Shown here: positions 1 through 7,184 of the stretch, piece after piece | Layout of the letters: the number at the start of each line of letters is the position of its first letter | Numbering within the stretch: position 1 is the stretch's first letter | Source of the DNA: a virus | DNA length: 35,437 nt | IMG/VR virus record: IMGVR_UViG_3300020047_008974 | Strand: one strand, 5' to 3' | Position numbers and translations under genes: made by a program | Notes under the pieces: model-generated | What the model was told of the DNA's origin: nothing | The model's database searches: none | What the model saw: the letters and a program-made list of their open reading frames with translations, nothing else

Positions 1-121
1 TAGTACAACAGGAGGTTCATATCAATCACAACCACTACAATACCAACCATCTCAATATCAAGCTCCTACACAGCAACAGCCAGCTCAATCAAATGAGATG
101 AGTCAAAACCAGGCATTGTTA
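1..121. repeat. Terminal direct repeat, copy 1 (identical to 35317..35437); overlap of a circular or circularly permuted assembly
   Basis: Read base by base: 1-121 equals 35317-35437, so the unique genome length is 35316 bp. Confidence 0.95.
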
Positions 122-1330
122 CTTAAACTGGCTCAATTAGGTGGTACATCAACCCCTGAATACAAAGCAGCTCTTGAAAAAGCAAACTCTTACAATGATG
201 CCTTATTGAAAAGCCGTACTAACCAAGCTAAAGGATTAGCTGAAAACGCAATGAATCCTATTCCTTTGCAATTCCAGCAAGGTCGAGCTCAAATACTACA
301 GAATCAATATGGTCAAGAACAAGCAGCACTAGGTGCAGCGTATGGTGCAGCTACTAACCAACAAGGGCAAGCTAATACCCAACAAGGACTACAACAAGGT
401 GCTTTGACATCAGCAATTAGTGCTACACAACCTCAAATGCAGTTTGGTATGTTAACTAACCCACAGACAGGTGAAATTGTAGGTGGTCAAGGATCTAACG
501 CACAACAATTGATGGGTAGTTCATTACAGAAAGCTCAACAAATGTTTGCAAATGGTTCAACATTCGAGGATGCGATCGCACAAAGTGGATTAGCGCAGTT
601 TGGTAATCTAGGTAGCAGTTTGTTATCCTCTGCGATTATGTCAGGAGGTGGAGCAGGTTATAACCCTACCGCTTACAATACTCAAGTAGGTGCGAACCAA
701 CAGAACCTAGCAAATACACAAACAGAAGCTTATAAAGTAGGTCAAAACTTACAACAAGTAAAAGCATTGGAAAGTGTAATGCTTGATTATTTGCAGAAGT
801 CCGGTGTTAACCCATCACAAGCTCAAATGTACAATGGTCCAATCAATGACTATCTAAGTAAAATTGGTAACCCAGGAGCAGCAGCAAACTGGGCATTGCA
901 AATGGGAGATCTTAAAAACTATACCAGTCAGTTAATGGCTAGTGGTTACGGTGGAACACCAACCGGTGCTGAATCAGCATTGATCAGTCAGGATCCATCT
1001 AAACTAAGTTATAAAGATTTGAAAGCATACCTTGAAACATTGTCTCGACTTGGTAGCAACCGATTGAATGTACTTCAACAAGGGGTAGGTCAATTAGGTG
1101 GAACAAGTGCAGGTTTCTCAGGTAACCAAGCGCAACAGTACAACTCAGTACCAGTGCCAGCGCCATCAACAGGAGCTCCAGGAACAGGTATAACAAGTCA
1201 ATCAGGTCAATTTGCAGCAGGAGTAGGAGCTAATACATTACCAGGACTAGCTGGGTCAGTAGGTACTGGTGCAGGAATTGGAATAGGAAATAAAATTATT
1301 TCAAGCTTCCTGAAGTTTTTACCATTCTAA
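1..1330 (+). CDS. 3' part of a wrap-around gene (5' part is 34922..35437): Q/N/G-rich virion-internal or ejection-type protein
   Basis: The frame entering at base 2 is open to TAA 1328-1330 and is in frame with ATG 34922 across the overlap (98 corresponds to 35414). Track ORF 98..1330 is only an internal Met. Joined length is 1725 nt (574 aa). Strongly Gln/Asn/Gly/Ala-rich with a hydrophobic C-terminus. Confidence 0.8.
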   Translation, partial: STTGGSYQSQPLQYQPSQYQAPTQQQPAQSNEMSQNQALLLKLAQLGGTSTPEYKAALEKANSYNDALLKSRTNQAKGLAENAMNPIPLQFQQGRAQILQNQYGQEQAALGAAYGAATNQQGQANTQQGLQQGALTSAISATQPQMQFGMLTNPQTGEIVGGQGSNAQQLMGSSLQKAQQMFANGSTFEDAIAQSGLAQFGNLGSSLLSSAIMSGGGAGYNPTAYNTQVGANQQNLANTQTEAYKVGQNLQQVKALESVMLDYLQKSGVNPSQAQMYNGPINDYLSKIGNPGAAANWALQMGDLKNYTSQLMASGYGGTPTGAESALISQDPSKLSYKDLKAYLETLSRLGSNRLNVLQQGVGQLGGTSAGFSGNQAQQYNSVPVPAPSTGAPGTGITSQSGQFAAGVGANTLPGLAGSVGTGAGIGIGNKIISSFLKFLPF

Positions 1331-1344
1331 TCTAAATACACTGT

Positions 1345-1935
1345 ATGGATAAAACCAAAAGAGCGATGGCGATCGCTAAAGCAATAGCCTATGCAGAAAA
1401 TGGTGGTAAACCTAAACTTAATGCATTAAAAGCTGGTAAGACTGGAGAATTAAAATCAATATTCCAGTTTATGCCAAAAACCTGGGAAAACTACTCAAAA
1501 CAAACTTTTGGTAAAGTAGTTCCACTAACACACGAAGCTGAATCAGAAGTAGTCCTAAACAAAGTCAATCAATGGCTTGATAAGGGATACAATGAGAGTC
1601 AAATAGCCTCTATGTGGAATGCAGGAGAGGGACGACCAGATGCATACAAACAAAATTGGAAAGGAGTTAACAGTAAAGGAGTGGCGTACGATACACCAGC
1701 CTATGCTAAAAAAGTAGCTTCTTATACCAGACAGTTCGAAACACAACTAAACACCAATCCCAACCTAAAAGATGTAACTAGTGGACTAGCTGATTTACCA
1801 GAAACTCCAGTACAAAAATCAACAGGTGGAGGACTTAGACAGTTAGCAAACTCGTCAATGGGTATGCCAACAGGACCAGCCCCTAAAACAATTGGATCAT
1901 TAGTACAATTAGCTAATGGTGGTGGACAGATGTAA
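1345..1935 (+). CDS. Lytic transglycosylase (SLT)-like protein, probably virion-associated
   Basis: N-terminal AYAENGG...SIFQFMPKTW resembles the catalytic Glu plus GLMQ-type motif of SLT domains. It follows the PG-binding-like protein and is followed by a terminator. Confidence 0.55.
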   Translation: MDKTKRAMAIAKAIAYAENGGKPKLNALKAGKTGELKSIFQFMPKTWENYSKQTFGKVVPLTHEAESEVVLNKVNQWLDKGYNESQIASMWNAGEGRPDAYKQNWKGVNSKGVAYDTPAYAKKVASYTRQFETQLNTNPNLKDVTSGLADLPETPVQKSTGGGLRQLANSSMGMPTGPAPKTIGSLVQLANGGGQM

Positions 1936-1942
1936 ACAAAAA

Positions 1943-1963
1943 GCCCCTCACGGGGTATTTTTG
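1943..1963. terminator. Bidirectional intrinsic terminator between convergent genes
   Basis: GCCCC-TCAC-GGGG(T) hairpin flanked by an A-run upstream and ATTTTTG downstream. It sits between the + gene ending at 1935 and the - gene ending at 2084. Confidence 0.7.
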
Positions 1964-2083
1964 TTAATTTAATAATTTAGTAACGATTACGAAACCAATT
2001 ATTATACCTACTATTTGTAAAAATATCATATAGATTTTTTGGTATGTCCGGCCCAGCGAATAGCTGCTCCTTTCTTTCCAATG

Positions 2084-2485
2084 TTAGAATAATGTTTCTT
2101 GCCTAACTTTTTTGTTTTTGATCCCCCTTTTGATCCCCATTCCTGGAACTGTTGTAGTGTTAGTTTTTTTTCTGCCATAGATTTCCTTGTTTTTCTTATA
2201 AAGTACCCACCATAGTGCCGGGGGATTAATAAATTGTTCTGCGGTGTGTAATGTTATATAGAGATTTTCAACGCTCCAGTTCTGTGTAAGTTTACATACC
2301 TGGAGTAGTGGCCTTTTCAATAACTTAGCTGTTTTATCACGTAGATCGGTGGACTGTGCTATTGCACGCTTTGGTGTAGTTTTCTGTGCCTGAAACTTTT
2401 GTTTCAATGCTTCCATTGTTTTACTAAGGTCTATCTTTTCAAATTTAACAATTAAGTCCTCATTGTCGAGATATTCATTAGCCAT
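2084..2485 (-). CDS. Hypothetical early protein with a basic C-terminus
   Basis: 133-aa ORF, last gene of the minus-strand block, 4 nt after the upstream gene. Confidence 0.6.
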   Translation of the reverse strand: MANEYLDNEDLIVKFEKIDLSKTMEALKQKFQAQKTTPKRAIAQSTDLRDKTAKLLKRPLLQVCKLTQNWSVENLYITLHTAEQFINPPALWWVLYKKNKEIYGRKKTNTTTVPGMGIKRGIKNKKVRQETLF

Positions 2486-2489
2486 ACAT

Positions 2490-3107
2490 TTAGAATGGTA
2501 CAGTATCTAAATCCTCAGCAGTAATAACAGGTACTCCTCCGTTTTTCATTGTTTGATATTCACTAGAACTAGTGATTTTATCTTTAATGAAATCTGGTTG
2601 TTTTTCAAATAATGCCTCGTTCCAATTATCATAACTTAATACCTGAGGTTCATTGATAGCTGGTGGACAAGTCATACCTTTAGGTAAAGGTGTGTAGTTT
2701 TCTAAACAAGCGAATACTCCTGAGTTATCTTTTTTAGGTTTATGAACTACTGTAACAAGTAGATCCTTACCAATTAAGCTTTCGATATCAAATACGTCCA
2801 TCATACCATCATTATCCAATTCGAGAGCTTTTGGATCACAAGCGGTAATAACTCTACGTAATGTTGATTTTTCATTAAATGATAATGTAAAGTCCTGACT
2901 GATAACTCGTGGCTGTTCTCCTTTCTCTTTATCAAACACGTGAAGTTCAGTAGGTAATTCAAATCCAATACGTACTTTGTTTTGGAGTGCTCCTTGGTAA
3001 CCAACAATGGTACCAATATGAATCATTTGATAAATACGTGCTGCATAACTTCCCGCTTCAATTGGCTCGACTGATTCACCTTTCTTATTTGTTGCTATAA
3101 TAGCCAT
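2490..3107 (-). CDS. Hypothetical early protein, possibly ssDNA-binding (DUF669-like guess)
   Basis: 205-aa ORF preceded by a long structured leader. The family guess rests only on a loose N-terminal resemblance. Confidence 0.6.
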   Translation of the reverse strand: MAIIATNKKGESVEPIEAGSYAARIYQMIHIGTIVGYQGALQNKVRIGFELPTELHVFDKEKGEQPRVISQDFTLSFNEKSTLRRVITACDPKALELDNDGMMDVFDIESLIGKDLLVTVVHKPKKDNSGVFACLENYTPLPKGMTCPPAINEPQVLSYDNWNEALFEKQPDFIKDKITSSSEYQTMKNGGVPVITAEDLDTVPF

Positions 3108-3293
3108 ATAATTTATGTGTTTTTAGTCTTTATAATAAACCAGGCCGACTAAGCGCTGGGGACTAGCAACGGGGCAACCGATCTCCTCGAGTACCCCAGT
3201 ACAGCCACCTTGTGTGCAACCAGAGAGTCGTCTTAATCCATCACCTAATTACTAGTCCTCAATGCTCCTACTCATAGGGTACCATACCCGGAT

Positions 3294-3309
3294 AATATAG
3301 CAAGGGGGT
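3294..3309 (-). promoter_or_regulatory. Candidate extended -10 promoter (TGCTATATT on minus strand) inside a conserved 14-mer
   Basis: The minus strand reads ACCCCCTTGCTATATT. The 14-mer TATAGCAAGGGGGT (3296-3309) recurs at 6734-6747, where it forms TGCTATAAT with a -35 box. Confidence 0.4.
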
Positions 3310-3552
3310 TATCAATTAAACTGTGCATATCTTTTATACCCGATTAGTGAGGTTGGTTAAGGAATAGAATACCTCACCAAAGCCCCAAAATTGACCTGTA
3401 CGGGGTTTTACATAAGAGGTCAGTAGTTTGTACCATAGCGACCTAAACCCTTGCTATTTTTTGGCAAATATGCAAGACTATTAATACATCTTTGATAGAT
3501 GTCAAGCGTTTAGTAAAGTATCGTTAAAAACTTAACCTTAATATTGCAATTT

Positions 3553-3650
3553 AGAAAAGAGAATCCTACAGCGGGGGTTCTTTTTTATTGGCTGGATCCT
3601 ACAGGTGATAGAAACACCTATCGTGGGGTATAGCCCTACCTGCAGGAGCC
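3553..3650 (-). terminator. Tandem hairpins terminating the upstream minus-strand operon; the inner one could act in both directions
   Basis: Hairpin 3590-3650 (GGCT..CCTACAGG / CCTGCAGGAGCC). Hairpin GAATCC 3561-3566 / GGGTTC 3575-3580 has T6 on the + side and TCTTTTCT on the - side. They lie just downstream of the stop at 3664. Confidence 0.55.
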
Positions 3651-3663
3651 AACCAACCACACG

Positions 3664-3993
3664 TTACCGTGTGCTAGCTAGCATATCTTGTTTCCAAACT
3701 TGCTCTTTCTTTTGTCTTTTCTTAGCAATATCAGGAGAAGCTGAGTACATACCTAAGTCATTTTGGAAATGAGCCCGGTGACGTTTTACATTATCCTCAC
3801 GAGGTAGATCCATAATATCGTCCAAATAAACATACTTTCTACTTTGGGTAGATCCGTCAGATAGTGTCATTGTTTCAACACGTATACTTTTAGGATAAAA
3901 TACCGCCCATATTTTTAATGTTAACCATTGATCAGAATCCCGGCTTTTTGGGAATTCTTTCAAGATACATTCGACCTGGTCTTTTAGAGTCAT
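3664..3993 (-). CDS. Hypothetical early protein
   Basis: 109-aa ORF, tightly packed with its neighbours. Confidence 0.65.
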   Translation of the reverse strand: MTLKDQVECILKEFPKSRDSDQWLTLKIWAVFYPKSIRVETMTLSDGSTQSRKYVYLDDIMDLPREDNVKRHRAHFQNDLGMYSASPDIAKKRQKKEQVWKQDMLASTR

Positions 3994-3997
3994 AGAT

Positions 3998-4321
3998 TTA
4001 TTGTAGTTTATTAGCGCACGCAGTCATAGCTGGTAATACTTCATCAGGCAATACTCCTGTTTCATCATACTTAACTGACATTTTGATTAACCCAGTGATA
4101 CCTAATTGTTGTTCGAGTTTATCATAGGCACAGCTACAGTATCCGTAGAACCCCGGACCAGCCTCAGTACATCCATTCATAAAATCATCTTTAAATGTAC
4201 TATTCTCTGCGACAATAGGTGTGTTTTTAGTTTCCTGTTCGGTAAAGTAAACTGCTAACCCGATAATTACAATAACCGCTACCACTGCTCCAATTATAGC
4301 GTTTTGTTGTGTGTTTTTCAT
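3998..4321 (-). CDS. Membrane-anchored Cys-containing protein
   Basis: 107 aa. N-terminal hydrophobic helix (AIIGAVVAVIVIIGLAVYF) followed by a domain with several Cys. Confidence 0.65.
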   Translation of the reverse strand: MKNTQQNAIIGAVVAVIVIIGLAVYFTEQETKNTPIVAENSTFKDDFMNGCTEAGPGFYGYCSCAYDKLEQQLGITGLIKMSVKYDETGVLPDEVLPAMTACANKLQ

Positions 4322-4325
4322 AGAA

Positions 4326-4496
4326 TTAAGCTAATGTTCCAATAATATATAATACTAACATAATGATTCCGTAGATTGTTATTATTTTTTCATACAATGT
4401 ACGTTCACTATATTTTTTTGTAAAAGCTAAATAAGCTATATGAATCCAAGAATAAATCATTGTTAATCCTAGAATTGTTAAAATTGTTGTTGACAT
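4326..4496 (-). CDS. Small two-helix membrane protein (56 aa, below the track cutoff)
   Basis: Hand translation: MSTTILTILGLTMIYSWIHIAYLAFTKKYSERTLYEKIITIYGIIMLVLYIIGTLA. It fills the gap exactly, with its stop 4 nt before the next ATG. Confidence 0.5.
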   Translation of the reverse strand: MSTTILTILGLTMIYSWIHIAYLAFTKKYSERTLYEKIITIYGIIMLVLYIIGTLA

Positions 4497-4664
4497 AAAA
4501 GTTAATTAATTAATCTTATAATACACCGCACCAGAATAGGACAGGCAAGACTTGATACTTGCAAAGTCGTTCCATAAGCAACATTCCCCGACCTCTGGTA
4601 TTTTAGTGCTTTGGCAGCGTCTATCTTCCGCCACTGCCCTGTTCTGATGCTGTGTTTTGTTTTA

Positions 4665-5114
4665 TTAAGGTGTTACTCCTCGTTCGCAAGCTCTAAAACC
4701 TTCATCGTAACCGTCATCTAAACCTTTTTGATAAGCCTGTTCCCTTGTTTCTCTGATGAAGTCAAATAAATCACTTCTTAATTCTGCGATTCTTTCAATC
4801 ATTCTTTGACCGTCTTGTGTCCAAGGATAACCTTCACGAGCCTCCATACTGAACTGATTAAATAACCGAGTGAAGTATTCATCTTTCTTATATTCCAACA
4901 CTTTTAATGGGTCTAATTGTTCCTTTGTATTCAAAACAGCTTTTTGTTCTTCTGTTGCAAGTCTACCTACTTCTAACATTGTTTCTTCATTTTGTAGTGC
5001 TTCTTGTAGTAGTTCTCCTGGTTCTTTTGTGTTCATAGGTTTAGGTAATTCAATCTCTGTAATCTCTGCATCTCTTAATGCTATTTCGTTTAGTTTATCG
5101 TAGAGTTCATTCAT
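4665..5114 (-). CDS. Hypothetical acidic early protein
   Basis: 149-aa ORF. ATGA start/stop overlap with the upstream gene (5111-5114). Confidence 0.7.
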   Translation of the reverse strand: MNELYDKLNEIALRDAEITEIELPKPMNTKEPGELLQEALQNEETMLEVGRLATEEQKAVLNTKEQLDPLKVLEYKKDEYFTRLFNQFSMEAREGYPWTQDGQRMIERIAELRSDLFDFIRETREQAYQKGLDDGYDEGFRACERGVTP

Positions 5115-5326
5115 ACCTCTTTATGGTTATCTGATAATGGTGTGGTGAACTTATACCCATCTTCAAATTCTACAAGTTCCTGCGACATTGATAGGTGGCA
5201 TATTGCTCCTTTTTCACTTATACAATATGAATATGCTCCGTCTGGGTGATCATAGATAAAATATGAACTTCCGTCAGATACAGTTTCGTAAATCTTTGAT
5301 TGTCTTGGTATTTCGTATAGTTTCAT
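5111..5326 (-). CDS. Hypothetical early protein
   Basis: 71-aa ORF, ATGA-coupled to the downstream gene. Confidence 0.6.
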   Translation of the reverse strand: MKLYEIPRQSKIYETVSDGSSYFIYDHPDGAYSYCISEKGAICHLSMSQELVEFEDGYKFTTPLSDNHKEV

Positions 5327-5341
5327 ATTATTCCTTTGGTG

Positions 5342-5668
5342 TTATTTTGATGCTCTGCGTAATAATTGATAGTCTTCGTCAGTAATGTTCGCAATATTAA
5401 CTAGACTAAGACCATTTCGTATATCTCTTGCCTTTTTAATATCAATCAATGGATTTGATAATTGTTTGGCTCTATCTTGCCATAAGGAAGTTGTTTTATT
5501 TGGATTCATACTTCCTTTGGGGTAGTGTCTTGTAAAAGGTCTTTTAAAGATAAATTTTTTATCCATACCATCACCATAGTTTTGTATAAGTTCCCAATTA
5601 TTACTTCCTAAAAAATTCAACTCTGTTTCACTTATAGGAAAACTTATTATCTTATATTCCCATTTCAT
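5342..5668 (-). CDS. DUF4177-like protein
   Basis: N-terminus MKWEYKIISF...ELNFLGSNNWELI...IFKRP matches the DUF4177 pattern as I remember it. Confidence 0.55.
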   Translation of the reverse strand: MKWEYKIISFPISETELNFLGSNNWELIQNYGDGMDKKFIFKRPFTRHYPKGSMNPNKTTSLWQDRAKQLSNPLIDIKKARDIRNGLSLVNIANITDEDYQLLRRASK

Positions 5669-5985
5669 ACATTGTCTTTGTTAGTGTCTTGTAATAGGGA
5701 TAGAACGCTTTGTAAAACTTCGTTATGTGCATCGTTATAATCATTTCTATGATTCATAAATGCAGTTTCATTATAGTGTTTTCTTTTCAACATTTCTATC
5801 TTCTCTAAAATATGATTGTGATAGTCTACGAAAATTTCTTTAATAAAATCTTTAAACTCATCTCTTCTACCGTAAAAATCTCCATAATCAATATTTTTGT
5901 AAATCTTATCATCAATCTTTTCATCAATAATAATGGCGAACCTGTCATCTAACTCATCTAACTTGTCTTGTATGTATGTATTCAT
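5665..5985 (-). CDS. Hypothetical early protein
   Basis: 106-aa ORF with ATGA overlap at 5665-5668. Confidence 0.6.
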   Translation of the reverse strand: MNTYIQDKLDELDDRFAIIIDEKIDDKIYKNIDYGDFYGRRDEFKDFIKEIFVDYHNHILEKIEMLKRKHYNETAFMNHRNDYNDAHNEVLQSVLSLLQDTNKDNV

Positions 5986-5988
5986 AGG

Positions 5989-6312
5989 TTAATAAACTAT
6001 ATTAGTAGGCGACTTTTTATCTTTTCTAAACGTAACCGGATCAGCTCCAATCTTTAGGCACATAGTAAACCATTCATCTCCGTGACCAGCATCAGGTTTA
6101 CATAAAGCGTGAGCCAGGGCGTGTAGTACACTTTGACGTACGTCCTCCTTTGTATTTGATTCAATGAATAACCGGGACAATCCTATGGATTTGGTACTGT
6201 GATCGCAAAAGGAATCATTGTAGATATCCATATTGAGAACCAGAGTCCAGGATCGGCGCTTGTTAGCTTTCATTAAATCAAGTGCTAATTTTACTCCTTG
6301 TTCTATTTTCAT
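5989..6312 (-). CDS. SprT-like domain protein with an altered metal motif (HALAH instead of HExxH)
   Basis: LHALAHAL...GHGDEWFTMCLKIGA resembles the SprT HExxH...GHGxxF core. Ala codon GCC occupies the Glu position. Confidence 0.5.
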   Translation of the reverse strand: MKIEQGVKLALDLMKANKRRSWTLVLNMDIYNDSFCDHSTKSIGLSRLFIESNTKEDVRQSVLHALAHALCKPDAGHGDEWFTMCLKIGADPVTFRKDKKSPTNIVY

Positions 6313-6473
6313 ATATTTTCTGAAAACTCCGCTTCAGCAAGTGAACGATCACGATCGTCAGCTTCCTCTCGGCGTTTTTCATAAGTTAAATATTCCTCCT
6401 CTGCTTGATCAATATCAAACCCTACCTCTTCATTTGGAAATGAATCCAAGTATGCATCTGTTGTTAAACTCAT
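6309..6473 (-). CDS. Small acidic protein (54 aa, below the track cutoff)
   Basis: Hand translation: MSLTTDAYLDSFPNEEVGFDIDQAEEEYLTYEKRREEADDRDRSLAEAEFSENI. TAAtATG junction upstream and ATGA overlap downstream. Confidence 0.55.
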   Translation of the reverse strand: MSLTTDAYLDSFPNEEVGFDIDQAEEEYLTYEKRREEADDRDRSLAEAEFSENI

Positions 6474-6474
6474 A

Positions 6475-6660
6475 TTATTTGGTGAAAAAATGGATAATAT
6501 AATCCTGTCCGATAAACAAGAATAATGTTGTAATTATTAATAAAAATAATAAAATACATTTTAATATTCCAGTATCAAATGGTTTACTTTCCCAACTCAT
6601 AATTTCCTCTGGCCATTTAGCTTTACGATCCTTAATTCCGTCAAAGTTAGTTTTTTTCAT
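6475..6660 (-). CDS. Small membrane protein, first gene of the leftward operon
   Basis: 61 aa with one hydrophobic helix (ILKCILLFLLIITTLFLFIG). Confidence 0.55.
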   Translation of the reverse strand: MKKTNFDGIKDRKAKWPEEIMSWESKPFDTGILKCILLFLLIITTLFLFIGQDYIIHFFTK

Positions 6661-6731
6661 AAATAAATTAATCTATACATTAATCGATACTATGATAAGG
6701 GGAAGTGACTAGCCAACCCATATCTACTACA

Positions 6732-6760
6732 ATTATAGCAAGGGGGTAGTTATTATGCAA
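6732..6760 (-). promoter_or_regulatory. Candidate sigma70-type promoter for the leftward operon
   Basis: The minus strand reads TTGCAT (6760-6755), a 17-nt spacer, then TGC-TATAAT (6740-6732), about 70 nt upstream of ATG 6660. Confidence 0.5.
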
Positions 6761-6948
6761 CTAGACTATAACAAAGATTCGTGCTATTTCGATGTCCAGG
6801 ATTTGCACAAAAAAAGAGAGAATAGTATTATCACAAGTATACCCAATAGGGTACTTGCTGGGGCGAATTAAGATTAGCAAGTAAAGCATAAATCTTATAG
6901 GGCAGTTAGGTTGAAACGTAAATCAACCGGGGCGATGGTAAATCGATA

Positions 6949-7038
6949 ACTGCTCTCCCACTCTCAAGTAACGAACTTAATAAGTTTTTATAAATTTGCT
7001 TATTAAGCTCAACAGTTACTGGGGGGTGGGGGGGCTGT
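6949..7038 (+). ncRNA. Candidate structured RNA element: long imperfect hairpin closed by pyrimidine tract / G-tract pairing
   Basis: Pairings are 6953-6965 with 7022-7034 (13 pairs, 4 of them G.U), 6967-6972 with 7015-7020, and 6976-6984 with 6999-7007. The G.U pairs work only on the + strand. Confidence 0.3.
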
Positions 7039-7090
7039 CAAAAAGGGGCTCAAGTAAATAAATAACTTATAGAACTGCATTATTGAATTT

Positions 7091-7131
7091 GTATTACTGT
7101 ATTAGGATTGTATTAGGTATTAAATGTATAA
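7091..7131. repeat. Iteron-like array of GTATTA(GG) direct repeats
   Basis: Copies begin at 7091, 7099, 7110, 7117 and 7126 (the last is the degenerate GTATAA). TGTATTAGG occurs twice. The array is followed by TTATCCGCA (7132-7140) and the + promoter. Confidence 0.5.
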
Positions 7132-7149
7132 TTATCCGCAGGAAAATAT

Positions 7150-7178
7150 TTGACAAATAAAATTAATGGGAATATTAT
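7150..7178 (+). promoter_or_regulatory. Candidate sigma70-type promoter
   Basis: TTGACA 7150-7155, exactly 17-nt spacer, TATTAT 7173-7178. Confidence 0.5.
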
Positions 7179-7184
7179 TGAAAC

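Noticed and set aside
4497-4664. 168-nt gap with relatively G+C-rich hairpins (GGCAG/CTGCC, GCAAG/CTTGC) and GGTGTATTAT, considered as another ncRNA or internal promoter
   Set aside because: The stems are only short 5-bp stems. The -35/-10 spacing (19 nt) is poor, and the shared GGTGTATTAT 10-mer (also at 9262-9271) is within chance expectation for a genome this size. It is noted but not strong enough to report as a feature.
6755-6871. 38-aa + strand ORF (MQLDYNKDSCYF...) preceded by AAGGGGG at SD-like distance
   Set aside because: The G-run belongs to the 14-mer shared with 3296-3309, where no ORF follows. No other gene in this genome uses an SD. The ORF also runs through predicted hairpins, so coding is unlikely, though not excluded.
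7091-7131. Short direct repeats considered as a CRISPR-like array
   Set aside because: The repeat unit is only 6-9 nt with 1-5-nt gaps, so it lacks spacer-sized unique segments. It is better described as iterons or operators.
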